Part shown: positions 18,473-27,636 of the stretch, piece by piece
Position numbering within the stretch: position 1 is the first letter of the stretch
How the letters are laid out: the number at the start of each line of letters is the position of its first letter
Assembly: GCA_039803205.1 (NCBI GenBank)
Contig: JBDRYB010000007.1
Location: forward strand, 9,152 to 73,151
DNA from: a candidate division WOR-3 bacterium
GTDB taxonomy: Bacteria; Hydrothermota; Hydrothermia; JBDRYB01
Length of the DNA stretch: 64,000 nt
Reading direction: 5' to 3'
Notes under the pieces: model-generated
Told to the model about the DNA's origin: nothing
Databases searched by the model: none
The model's input: only the letters and a program-made list of their open reading frames with translations
Translations under genes and position numbers: made by a program

Positions 18473-19459
18473 ATGGAGGTTCTCGCCGCGCTTGAAGGAT
18501 TCTCTCGCTTTCGGGTAGGGGTCATAGGAGACCTCATCCTGGACAGGTATCTGTTCGGAGATGCTGAGCGCATATCCCCTGAGGCGCCTGTTCCCGTTGT
18601 CCGGACGCGAGAGGAACGCGACGGCCTGGGCGGGGCGGGAAATGTTGCTGGGAACCTCCTTGCCGCTGGTGCGAGACCTTTGCTGTTTGGGGTTGTAGGG
18701 GATGACCGTGAGGGGCACAAGCTTCTTGAACTCGTTGAGGAAAAGGGGATACAAGGCTGCATTCTCGTTGATCCAGAGAGGCCCACAACCCTGAAGACAA
18801 GGGTAATCGCCCAGAACCAACAGGTCCTGAGAATTGACAGGGAGCTTTGTTCCGAGATACCGGACGAGATAGCCAGAAACCTTTGTGAGGCTGTAGCCTC
18901 AGCGGATCCGGACGCTCTCATAATTGAGGATTACGACAAGGGAACCATAAATCAATTGCTCATATCCCGGCTCAAGGATATAATGGACGGGAGGCTCGTG
19001 TCCGTTGATCCGAAAACGGCTCGGTTCAGGCAATACACGGGGGTTGGGCTTTTCAAGCCGAACAGGAAGGAGTTCCTCTCAGAGACGAGGGCGCGCGATG
19101 ATCCGGTTTCAATAGCGAGGGCCGCTTCTAGACTAAGAGAAGAGCTTGGTGCCGAAAGGGTTTTGGTCACACTCGGAGCCGAGGGCGCGGTAGCCTGCTA
19201 TGAGGAAGGGGCATTTCACATACCCGCTCTGAGAAGGGAGGTCTATGATGTTACCGGCGCTGGGGACACTGTCATAGCGTATGTTACCTTGGGTCTTCTA
19301 TCGGGCCTCAGCTTTACCGAGTCCGCGTGTCTAGCCTCCATTGCCGGGGGCATTAAGGTCGGGAAGTTCGGAGCCGCACCTGTTAGCAGGGAGGAGGTCA
19401 GGGAGGCTGTTGGGGCTGAGTGGGACAGGTTTACCGCAAGAATGAGGAGACTAACATGA
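18473..19459 (+). CDS. rfaE1: D-glycero-D-manno-heptose-7-phosphate kinase (stand-alone HldE/RfaE domain I)
   Basis: GDLILDRYLFG, RISPEAPVPV, GGAGNVA, TTLKTR, DYDKG, DVTGAGDTV. Confidence 0.92.
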   Translation: MEVLAALEGFSRFRVGVIGDLILDRYLFGDAERISPEAPVPVVRTREERDGLGGAGNVAGNLLAAGARPLLFGVVGDDREGHKLLELVEEKGIQGCILVDPERPTTLKTRVIAQNQQVLRIDRELCSEIPDEIARNLCEAVASADPDALIIEDYDKGTINQLLISRLKDIMDGRLVSVDPKTARFRQYTGVGLFKPNRKEFLSETRARDDPVSIARAASRLREELGAERVLVTLGAEGAVACYEEGAFHIPALRREVYDVTGAGDTVIAYVTLGLLSGLSFTESACLASIAGGIKVGKFGAAPVSREEVREAVGAEWDRFTARMRRLT

Positions 19460-20490
19460 GATTCCTCAGAAGTGATATATCAGGCTCTTTTGGATTCGGG
19501 ATAACCGAGCTGGACAACCTCAAGGCAAAGCTGGATCAGAACGAGTGTGCGAGGGAACTGCCCGGCGAGCTAAAGGAGCTCATAAAGGAGGAGCTGTTCC
19601 GATTCAGGTTGAATCGCTATCCACAGCCGAGGGATTATCACGAGGCAAAGGGTATCTTCGCTGAGGCCGCTGGCTTCAAACCGGAGAATGTATTCCTTAC
19701 GGTTGGATGCGATCAGGTCATCATGATGGCCTTCTGGCTCTCCGGCGGCCCCGGGCGAAAAGCCCTCATATTTGAGCCAACATATCCCATGTTCGCGCAC
19801 TCCGCGATGATCACAGGAACAGAGGCAATAAGGGTCAATCTCGGCCCCGATTTTGTCTGGGATACCTCTTATTTCAAGCCTGAGATCCACCTCATAAACA
19901 TCGTTACCCCGAACAACCCAACGGGCCACCTCGCGGGGGATGAGGTAGTTGAGGCCGCTCTGAAAACGGGCTCCTTTGTCTTCGTGGATGAGGCATATCA
20001 TGACTTTTCTGGAAAGTCATACTCCGGTTTCCTTGAAAAATACGAAAACATGATGATAGGTAGGTCCCTGGCAAAATCGGGGCTCGCAGGAGTGAGGCTT
20101 GGATACGGGGTTTCTGGGTCAGAGATAGTGACGCTGGCAGAGGGGCTTCTCTTCATACCCTATCACCTGAATTTCCTCCAATTGGCTGTCGCGAGGGCTT
20201 ATCCTAAGATAAAGCCGTTTCTCGCTGATTGGGCACGGGAGGTCAATCTGGAGAAGGAGCGGCTTTATCGGTTCTTTGACCAAGAGGGCATAGAGTATCA
20301 GCCCAGCTTTGCCAATTTCGTGCTTTTCAGGGTTCCTGACCCCAAGAGAACATACGACTGCCTCATAGGGGAGTGCATAAGGATAAGGAACACCTCATCC
20401 ATGAAGGGTCTGGAGGGATGGCTCAGGGTAACAATAGGGACCAAGGAGGAGATGGATTGCTTCATGGAGGCTCTGAGAAAGGCGTTATAA
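19456..20490 (+). CDS. PLP-dependent aminotransferase class I/II, HisC-like
   Basis: LDQNE, NRYP, PNNPTG, VDEAY, RSLAKSGLAGVRLGY, LRVTIG; ATGA overlap with upstream gene. Confidence 0.85.
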   Translation: MRFLRSDISGSFGFGITELDNLKAKLDQNECARELPGELKELIKEELFRFRLNRYPQPRDYHEAKGIFAEAAGFKPENVFLTVGCDQVIMMAFWLSGGPGRKALIFEPTYPMFAHSAMITGTEAIRVNLGPDFVWDTSYFKPEIHLINIVTPNNPTGHLAGDEVVEAALKTGSFVFVDEAYHDFSGKSYSGFLEKYENMMIGRSLAKSGLAGVRLGYGVSGSEIVTLAEGLLFIPYHLNFLQLAVARAYPKIKPFLADWAREVNLEKERLYRFFDQEGIEYQPSFANFVLFRVPDPKRTYDCLIGECIRIRNTSSMKGLEGWLRVTIGTKEEMDCFMEALRKAL

Positions 20491-20543
20491 AGGGTAATTA
20501 ATTGCCTATTCTCTGAGGGCTGATGTGGACAGGGATCCCCTTC

Positions 20544-21233
20544 CTATTCTTTCACGAAAACCCTCACTCTTTTTGACCAGAAGACCGCGAAATCGTGATA
20601 CCTGTCAGTCCCTGATGAGACCGTGTCAAAACCCGCTATGGTGAGGTCATACCAGTAATTCAGCGTGTCAATGTAAAACGCTGGGATATAGCTTTCTGAT
20701 GTGTCCCCGTTTGGGAACACGGGAAACATAACCTCATATGTGTATGGGGTATCGCGAAGGGTATCCTGTGTGTAGAGCCGGAGAAAGTAACCAGGATTGC
20801 CGGGCTCAGTCCAAACAACATAGAGCGAATCAAAGCGCATCGTGTCTCCCTCCCTTGGATAGAGAAGCTCAAACCGTTTCGGCGACCTGGAGCTCATCTC
20901 ATAGGTATCTCCAACCGGACTTTCAACCCTGAGCCTGTAATCGGTCTCAGGGATTATCATGAGAGGCAAGAAATACATACCCGGCCTCCCCGTGTCCTCG
21001 TGGAACGGGATCCCAAGTGCACCTCCTACCGATAGGCTCACCCTTGCGCCAGAAAGCCCGCAGGTATCCTCAACCGGTTCATCAATGCTGTAAAGGGTAT
21101 CCAGAAAGACCCATTGGGTATCCTGGTGGCTGTAGAAGTAAGCGAACGCGGTGGTCAGCCTGGGCTTTTCCTCCGGGGTTTGCTCGCAACCCAGAGCCAA
21201 CGCGATCGCCGAAGCTATCAAGACCCTTTTCAT
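20544..21233 (-). CDS. Lipoprotein (DUF4249-like)
   Basis: Lipobox MKRVLIASAIALALG-C; LSGARVSL...GMY...YRLRV pattern. Confidence 0.65.
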   Translation of the reverse strand: MKRVLIASAIALALGCEQTPEEKPRLTTAFAYFYSHQDTQWVFLDTLYSIDEPVEDTCGLSGARVSLSVGGALGIPFHEDTGRPGMYFLPLMIIPETDYRLRVESPVGDTYEMSSRSPKRFELLYPREGDTMRFDSLYVVWTEPGNPGYFLRLYTQDTLRDTPYTYEVMFPVFPNGDTSESYIPAFYIDTLNYWYDLTIAGFDTVSSGTDRYHDFAVFWSKRVRVFVKE

Positions 21234-23105
21234 TTAATCCAGCCAAACCAGCTTGAGCATTTTTGACCATGAGCCTGCCCGCGCTCTCAGAAAATAGACC
21301 CCCGATGAGGGCAGGATCAGCTTAAACCAGTGGATGCCAGCCTCCATCTCCCCCTCAAAGAGCCTGAATATCAGCCTACCGGTGCCGTCATACAAACACA
21401 GGGAGACTTTGGTTTTCTCCGGAAGGGTTAATGATATAGGAGCCTCACCTCTCATCACGGACGCCACCCTCAGCGAAGGCGCTGTGGGGCAGGAGGACTC
21501 TTTTTCACCTGAAAATGGCTCCAGGTATAGCCTGCCATATCTCGCTGGGTCATAGAACTTAAGGACATCCTGGGGCCAGCAAGCCATTGTTCCGTGAGCT
21601 TGATCGAGATAAAATATGTGTATTCCAATAGAATCACCATCCGGAACGGGGTTTGCGCCTACGAACTGCGGCCCGGCGTCATAGCTCGTCAGAATCAAGG
21701 CGATCTCAATTGTGGTGTGGCCTCCGGTCTGGCCAAAGGCGAACGAGGATAAGCCCGATTCATACCAAGGCCCGTGGGTGAAGTCCGCCCTGAACCAAGA
21801 ACAGAGCCAAAGATCTGGGTTTATGAGCCTGTTAGCGCCCTCAGTGGTATCCGCGGAAGGCCAGGAACCGCCAGCGTCATCATCAAGGCAGACCCATGCC
21901 TCGGAAGAATCAGACCACCCGGTGTCCGCTATGGCATCGCAAGCCAGATATAGGAAAGAGGCATCGTGAAAAGCCCTCAGCGCGATAGAGCCGGGATAAT
22001 CTGTCCAGCCATCCCTTCCAAGATAATCTGAGGCGTCCCAGGAGGCAGAGCTATCCCATTCCCCAGGGCCGAGGGTCCCGTCAATCGTTGGGGCGTTCGG
22101 GAAATACGGAACCATTATCCTTCTTGCGACGGAATCGGGTATGACCCCGAACCGCGTTTGGCAAGTGTCATCCCCGGGGAAGCTGTCCTGGTAGCTGAGG
22201 AAGCCCATCGCTGTGTAAGGCCCTCCCTGTGGCCCTGCTGGCCAGCCTGAGAAGAGGATGTCAACCGAATCCCCCCTCTGGATGCCGCCCACTATGGTTT
22301 TCGTGTCCTCATAGAGGATTCCGGATGTATCGGATATGACGAAACCCGCTGAGATGTTATCCTGGATGTCCTGGTTCCCGGTGTTCACGATCCTGAGGGA
22401 TGGTTTGATCAGCGCCCCCTCCTCTTCAAGCGCCTTCGGCGATAATATGGCCGAAGCGGTTAGATTAACTGGGAGTGAAAGCAGGTATTCAACCGATATG
22501 TTGTCTATCGCAACATACCAATCCCAGTGGAGCCATGTGTGATCAAACCAGAGGAATGATACCTGCAGGCTCTCTGCCGGGAGCCAAGCCCAAAGGTTCA
22601 GGGTATCCCAGACCCCTGAACCTATATCCCAGTCATACACCGCGAGCGCTTGCCAGGCTCCCCAATCCGTCCCATCGTGAAAGCGAACCCGAACCTCAAA
22701 TGTGTCCTGGCCCTTGAAGTTCTGATAACCGAGCCCGTAAATGAGCCTAAGGGTATCATACCCAGCAACATATATGCTTGGCGAGATCAGCTCCTCTTCG
22801 GTCTCAGGGTTCCAGCCTATCGCGTCGTCATCGTAGCATGCCATATAGCTTCCGGGCGCAGGAGGCATTGCCGTGATGTGCCAGCCGGACGATGGCCTCA
22901 CCATCCAGCTCTGGCCATCCGCGTTGCTATCCCTTATTGCCCACCCGGGAGGAAGGCTACCAGACTCGAAGTCCTCCGAAAACATTGAGAGCCAGACCCC
23001 AGCTTTCGCTCCGGCCTTGGTCTCATGGGCATAGGTCGTTCCCTTGGGGAGCGCGGCGTCAGAGAGCATTTTTTCAGGAACAAGAGCCAAAAAGGCCAGA
23101 AGCAT
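21234..23105 (-). CDS. Secreted multidomain protein (cleaved-adhesin-like beta-sandwich, CARDB-like, CBM9-like) with T9SS-type C-terminal domain
   Basis: FSEDFESG..PPGW..D.NADG..W, LISP, IDNI; PTIDG.L...EW; C-terminal LYDGTGRLI...SSGVYFLR...KLVWL; TTGAAA-N18-TAAAAT-N6-ATG. Confidence 0.8.
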   Translation of the reverse strand: MLLAFLALVPEKMLSDAALPKGTTYAHETKAGAKAGVWLSMFSEDFESGSLPPGWAIRDSNADGQSWMVRPSSGWHITAMPPAPGSYMACYDDDAIGWNPETEEELISPSIYVAGYDTLRLIYGLGYQNFKGQDTFEVRVRFHDGTDWGAWQALAVYDWDIGSGVWDTLNLWAWLPAESLQVSFLWFDHTWLHWDWYVAIDNISVEYLLSLPVNLTASAILSPKALEEEGALIKPSLRIVNTGNQDIQDNISAGFVISDTSGILYEDTKTIVGGIQRGDSVDILFSGWPAGPQGGPYTAMGFLSYQDSFPGDDTCQTRFGVIPDSVARRIMVPYFPNAPTIDGTLGPGEWDSSASWDASDYLGRDGWTDYPGSIALRAFHDASFLYLACDAIADTGWSDSSEAWVCLDDDAGGSWPSADTTEGANRLINPDLWLCSWFRADFTHGPWYESGLSSFAFGQTGGHTTIEIALILTSYDAGPQFVGANPVPDGDSIGIHIFYLDQAHGTMACWPQDVLKFYDPARYGRLYLEPFSGEKESSCPTAPSLRVASVMRGEAPISLTLPEKTKVSLCLYDGTGRLIFRLFEGEMEAGIHWFKLILPSSGVYFLRARAGSWSKMLKLVWLD

Positions 23106-23114
23106 GGGAATATT

Positions 23115-23675
23115 TTAAGGCAGAAGGGATTGCGGTTTCAAAGGCCTACTGAACTCGCACCCACAATACCTTTGTCTGTATAGCCCCAGTTCCTTTGATA
23201 ATTCAAGGCTCCTGGTGAATCCCCCGCGCTTTCGCAGGATAGCCTCAACCCAAACGAGCCCCTCCTCCAAGGATACATCGCGACCCACACGGTTCACCAG
23301 ATGCGGATCCTTCTTCGGGCTTATGGTCAAGGTTGTTGAGATGTTTCTGGTCCCCAGTTCAAGGGCCCTTTCTGCCAAGAGCCTGAACCTAAACCTAAAA
23401 CACGCCTCGCACCTTTTGCCCCCCTCGGGTTCACCCTCAAGCCCCCTTACAAAATCTAGCCAGGCCTCAGGCTCATATGGGCTTATGTGGAGGGGGACTC
23501 CGTAATGCTTTGCCACCTTCTCAACCTGCTCCAATCTGAGCCTGTATTCGGCCTCAGGGTGGATGTTTGATCCCGGAAAGAATAGCGAGACCCGATAGTC
23601 TTGGCTGAAGAACTCAATCGCGTATGTGGCATCTGGGCCACAGCAGACATCAACGAGAAGGTCTTCTATTGCCAT
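23115..23675 (-). CDS. queH: Epoxyqueuosine reductase
   Basis: CCGPDA, NIHPEAEY..R, EPEGGKRCEAC, TTLTISPKK, LYRQRYCGCEFS. Confidence 0.93.
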   Translation of the reverse strand: MAIEDLLVDVCCGPDATYAIEFFSQDYRVSLFFPGSNIHPEAEYRLRLEQVEKVAKHYGVPLHISPYEPEAWLDFVRGLEGEPEGGKRCEACFRFRFRLLAERALELGTRNISTTLTISPKKDPHLVNRVGRDVSLEEGLVWVEAILRKRGGFTRSLELSKELGLYRQRYCGCEFSRPLKPQSLLP

Positions 23676-23728
23676 ATTACGCCAGGCGGATGAGCGCCAG
23701 CCTTTCGGAGAAGAAGAGCCACGATCAC
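23666..23728 (-). CDS. Candidate 20-aa leaderless upstream ORF overlapping the queH start
   Basis: TATAAT (23735-23740), 6 nt, GTG; MIVALLLRKAGAHPPGVIWQ*; different frame from queH. Confidence 0.35.
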   Translation of the reverse strand: MIVALLLRKAGAHPPGVIWQ

Positions 23729-23812
23729 GATTTAATTATACGATAACCCCATCTCTTGCATCCACTCAGAGCAATCCCGCATAATAATTTCCTTACTGAA
23801 AGGGGTGATACC

Positions 23813-24457
23813 ATGGTGAGAAGGATAAGCCTCTTTTTGGTTGGTTTGGCCGTGATGGCCTGCGGAGAGGGGGCCGGGCGCAAGCACGAGCTCGCCTACA
23901 AGAAGGCAGAGGAGCTGGTTAAGAAAGGCAAGCTGCCGGAGGCTGAGGCTCAATACAGGGAAGCGATAAGGCTCAAGGAGGATTACGGTGAGGCATACAC
24001 GGGTCTGGGCCTGCTCCTCATGAGCGAGGGGCGATACGAGGAGGCGGATTCATTTCTCTCTAAGGCTATCTACTACAGCCCATCCAACCCATCCGCTCAC
24101 TACAACAGGGCCGTGCTCATGAACAAGATGGATAAGAACAAGGAGGCCGAGGAAGAGTTCAAGGCCGCTCTAAAACTGAAGCCCGACTACCCTGAGGCCC
24201 ATGTTGGCTATGGCGCCTTGCTCTACAAGCAGGGACTGAACGAGGCCGCGGAGCTTGAGTTCAAGGAGGCTGTTAAGCTTGATCCAGAGTGCGCCGAGGC
24301 TCACCTTTACCTTGGGGCTGTTTATGACCTCACATGGCGCAGGAACGAGGCCATAAAGGAGATAACCACAGCTCGCGACCTTTTCAAGGCCAAGGGGGAT
24401 ACGGCAGGAGTAAGGGTCTCTGAGGAGGCCCTCAAGAAGGCGAGGACCCCGAGGTGA
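23813..24457 (+). CDS. TPR-repeat lipoprotein
   Basis: TTGCAT-N18-CATAAT (23756-23785), SD AGGGGTG; MVRRISLFLVGLAVMA-C; five TPRs. Confidence 0.85.
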   Translation: MVRRISLFLVGLAVMACGEGAGRKHELAYKKAEELVKKGKLPEAEAQYREAIRLKEDYGEAYTGLGLLLMSEGRYEEADSFLSKAIYYSPSNPSAHYNRAVLMNKMDKNKEAEEEFKAALKLKPDYPEAHVGYGALLYKQGLNEAAELEFKEAVKLDPECAEAHLYLGAVYDLTWRRNEAIKEITTARDLFKAKGDTAGVRVSEEALKKARTPR

Positions 24458-25368
24458 TCTCCGTTGTAATCCCTTGCCACAACGAGGAGCCCGTTCTTGA
24501 TGCCCTCATGGCGAGGCTCATCCCAGTTCTTGAAGGCCTCGGAGAATACGAGCTCATCTTCACTGACGATGGTTCAACGGATGGGACCTTGGCAAAGCTC
24601 GAGGCCTTTGCTGAGCGAAACCCCCGCATAAAGGTAATATCCTTCAGCAGGAACTTCGGCCACCAGGCCGCGATATCCGCTGGCATAGAGCACTCATCGG
24701 GAGATTGTGTGATAACGATGGATGCAGACCTCCAGGACCCTCCGGAGGTAATTCCTGAGATGGTGAGGAAGTGGAAAGAAGGGTTTCAGTTGGTCTATGG
24801 ATACCGCACCTCAAGGGGGAGAGATACCCTGTTCAAGAGCATAACAGCGAGGCTTTTCTACTGGCTGATGAAGGCCCTATCGGGGGTTGATGTTCCGCAG
24901 GACTCAGGGGATTTCAGGCTCATGGACAAGGCGCTGGCTGATCAGATCAAGGGACTCAGGGAGCACCACAGGATGCTCAGGATATTCACGGCTTGGACGG
25001 GTTTCAGATCAACCGGGGTCCCGTATGAGAGGGGGGATAGGGTTGCTGGCCAAACAAAATACACCCTGACCAGGATGATCAAGTTCGCTTGGGATGGCAT
25101 AACCTCCTTCTCATACTGGCCGTTGCAGATGGCAACATGGCTCGGCCTGGTCTCAGCCCTGTTTTCTTTTGCCGGTATCATATGGGTCATAGCGGTGAAG
25201 ATCCTCGGAAAGGCTATCCCTGGCTGGGCTTCAATCGCGGTTCTCGTTCTGTTTCTCGGTGGGATCCAGCTCCTTGTTCTGGGGATCATAGGCGAATACC
25301 TCGGAAGGATATATGACGAGGTGAGGGCGAGGCCCTTGTATATAGTGGCGAAGAGGATAAATTTCTGA
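24454..25368 (+). CDS. GT2 polyprenol-phosphate glycosyltransferase (GtrB/YkoT-like)
   Basis: SVVIPCHNEE, DDGSTD, SRNFGHQAA, MDADLQDPP, GDFRLMD, two C-terminal TMs, GEYLGRIY. Confidence 0.92.
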   Translation: MISVVIPCHNEEPVLDALMARLIPVLEGLGEYELIFTDDGSTDGTLAKLEAFAERNPRIKVISFSRNFGHQAAISAGIEHSSGDCVITMDADLQDPPEVIPEMVRKWKEGFQLVYGYRTSRGRDTLFKSITARLFYWLMKALSGVDVPQDSGDFRLMDKALADQIKGLREHHRMLRIFTAWTGFRSTGVPYERGDRVAGQTKYTLTRMIKFAWDGITSFSYWPLQMATWLGLVSALFSFAGIIWVIAVKILGKAIPGWASIAVLVLFLGGIQLLVLGIIGEYLGRIYDEVRARPLYIVAKRINF

Positions 25369-25375
25369 GGCTCTT

Positions 25376-26947
25376 TCAATAAACCTTCCTTATCACGACC
25401 CCACTGAAGTAGTGCATGAGTATCTCGGTGTATGTCTTCCCCTCGTTTGCCATCACCCCTGCTCCTATCTGGCAAAGCCCTGACCCATGGCCGAACCCTC
25501 CGCCCCTTATGATCATCCTCTTATCCTCATTCTCTATGTAAAACAAGGCGCTCGGGAGACCGAGGGCCTTGCGAATGTTGTATTCGCCCTCAATTGTGAG
25601 CCTCCTTTTCGTCCCAACTATTTCAAGCCTAATTGCCCTTCCTCCCGGTCCCCTTTGGATGACCTCCATGCTTCTTACGGTTCCTGGATCGGTTCCGGTG
25701 TTTTTAGCTATCGTCGCCCCCCATTCTGCTTTGGTCTTCGTTCTTTCCCATCTGAAGTATGATCTGCCATACCGGAAGCTGGCCGGAAAATCGTGGGTCT
25801 TTGGATTGCACCATGCCTCAGGCGGGTTATCAATGAACTCTTTTATGTTGAGGTCAAAGGAGTCCTCCGCGTCAGGCCTCGCGCTGGTTCCCGGGATGTC
25901 CTCTCCCCAGACGGCCTGGGAGCTCTCCAGGAATCCGCCACATGAGGCGTGAAACGGCGCTTTTATTATCCTCCCCTCGTGAAGAATGACACAGCCTCCG
26001 GTCTCCATTACCGCTGAATCAACCCTCTCCCATCTTTTTCCCGTTCCCTCGTAGACCTGGGTGAAGACATCGTCCGTTATGTCATACGGCTCGCCAGTGA
26101 GCTTAAACTTCTTTCCCCAAACGAAAAAAGCGTGGGATCTTGCCAAGACCGCCTGGGCTTTCAGCGCCTCCTTGGGGAATCCTGGCCCCATCTCATAGGG
26201 CAGAACCCCTCTTATGTAGTTTTCCATCTGAACCTCGTTGACGAGGAGGATGCCCTTGCCATCCGTGGATGGCAGGAATTCAAGGATGTCAGGATACCCG
26301 TTCCCGAGAACCTCTATGGGCTTGTAGGATGTGATCCTGAGAGGGCCCTCAGCTATAACTGGCACCCGGCCATCCGGACCAACGAGCTCAAGTGTTCCAG
26401 AGGCTGGGCTTTCTGGGAGTTTTATCACAGCCTGACGAGGCCTCGGGGCCCTTTTTAGGGCTTCTGACTCGCTCTCATAGGGACCAACGAGAGCCGCGAA
26501 ATCCCTCATGTCTATTGTCTCGGCTTGGAAAGCGAATATCTTTCCCATGGGCATTAGGAAGCTCCCCGCGTAGCCCCTTTGGATCAGGGACAGAACCGTA
26601 TCCTGTGCGGCTGATGAATCCGGCCCGCGCCAGACCATCATCCAGAACCTGAAGCGGGCGGGTTTCAGATCCCTCGCCCTCACCCTCCACTTCCCTGGCC
26701 CTCCCTTGAAGACCCCGTAATCGCCGACCATGACCCAGAAAGAGTCCAACGCTTGAAATTCAAAGGATGGCCTTTGGTCTATTCCAACCCTTATAAACGG
26801 GCCCATGGATGAGGAGCAATCCACCAACCCACAGGGCCGAGGCTTTTCCTCATGCGCCTGAGGCTGATAAGGCTGAGCTGAGGCCACCATCTCCTTAGCC
26901 GTGCAGGAGAGAAATATGGCGAGTAAAATATCCCTATTCCCTTTCAG
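25376..26947 (-). CDS. SpoIID/LytB-domain peptidoglycan lytic transglycosylase lipoprotein with SPOR-like segment; probable CTG start
   Basis: ENYIRGVLPYEM, EALKAQAVLARS, QVYEG, FHASCGG, GFGHGSGLCQIGA; TTGAAC-N18-CATAAT-N6-CTG gives MKGNRDILLAIFLS-C. Confidence 0.85.
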   Translation of the reverse strand: MKGNRDILLAIFLSCTAKEMVASAQPYQPQAHEEKPRPCGLVDCSSSMGPFIRVGIDQRPSFEFQALDSFWVMVGDYGVFKGGPGKWRVRARDLKPARFRFWMMVWRGPDSSAAQDTVLSLIQRGYAGSFLMPMGKIFAFQAETIDMRDFAALVGPYESESEALKRAPRPRQAVIKLPESPASGTLELVGPDGRVPVIAEGPLRITSYKPIEVLGNGYPDILEFLPSTDGKGILLVNEVQMENYIRGVLPYEMGPGFPKEALKAQAVLARSHAFFVWGKKFKLTGEPYDITDDVFTQVYEGTGKRWERVDSAVMETGGCVILHEGRIIKAPFHASCGGFLESSQAVWGEDIPGTSARPDAEDSFDLNIKEFIDNPPEAWCNPKTHDFPASFRYGRSYFRWERTKTKAEWGATIAKNTGTDPGTVRSMEVIQRGPGGRAIRLEIVGTKRRLTIEGEYNIRKALGLPSALFYIENEDKRMIIRGGGFGHGSGLCQIGAGVMANEGKTYTEILMHYFSGVVIRKVY

Positions 26948-27000
26948 GGTTATATTATGTGCGTAGGGAGCGAGTGGGTTCAAATTAGCCCAGGAGAGTC

Positions 27001-27570
27001 CTATGGTCGGCACGCACCAGCAAGTCTCAGGAAGTTCCTGGCGAGCTTTTCGCCTTCCTGAGACAGTGCGGATTCCGGATGGAACTGGATTCCCCAGACC
27101 GGCATGCTCTCATGCTCAAGAGCGGCAACATCTCCGGCCTCATCAAAAGCCGTGGCTCTCAGACCGGCCGCAAGGGGTTGCTCAAGAACGAGCGAGTGAT
27201 ACCTCACGAAACCGCACGGGTTGGGAAGCCCCTTAAAGATTCCTCGTCCATCGTGTTTTATATAAGAAATAACTCCGTGGGCTATGCGGGTTGCCCTCCT
27301 CGTCTTTCCTCCCATTGCCACCCCTATTATCTGGTGGCCCAGGCATATCCCGAGAACCGGCACCCTACCCGCTATCTCAAGGAACAGCCTCATGCTCTCC
27401 GGGACATCCAAAGGGCTGTGAGGCCCTGGCCCCAGGATCACGGGGCCGTTTTTCAGGCAGTCCTCAGGCGAGACCTCTGCGTAGTCCTTCACGAGGACCT
27501 TCTGGCCTGCGGCTCTGAAGAGATGGTATATGTTGTATGTGAAGGAGTCCCGGTGATCCACGATGAGCAC
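27001..27570 (-). CDS. Class I glutamine amidotransferase, TrpG/PabA type
   Basis: VDHRDSFTYN, GPGP, LGICLGHQ, RYHSL, GIQFHPES; TTGTCA-N18-CATAAT-N6-GTG. Confidence 0.9.
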   Translation of the reverse strand: MLIVDHRDSFTYNIYHLFRAAGQKVLVKDYAEVSPEDCLKNGPVILGPGPHSPLDVPESMRLFLEIAGRVPVLGICLGHQIIGVAMGGKTRRATRIAHGVISYIKHDGRGIFKGLPNPCGFVRYHSLVLEQPLAAGLRATAFDEAGDVAALEHESMPVWGIQFHPESALSQEGEKLARNFLRLAGACRP

Positions 27571-27586
27571 CCTTAAATTATGGAAT

Positions 27587-27616
27587 TTGCCAGAGCCCCT
27601 TGACAAGCATTATAAT
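27587..27616 (+). promoter_or_regulatory. Promoter TTGCCA-N18-TATAAT, interleaved with the divergent trpG/pabA promoter
   Basis: Plus hexamers at 27587-27592 and 27611-27616; minus hexamers at 27601-27606 and 27577-27582. Confidence 0.6.
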
Positions 27617-27636
27617 TTCTCAAAAGGGGGTTTGAC

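Noticed and set aside
27600..27616. TTGACA paired with TATAAT as a consensus promoter
   Set aside because: They are only 5 nt apart; the overlapping hexamer 27601-27606 fits better as the minus-strand -35 (TTGTCA) of the trpG/pabA promoter.
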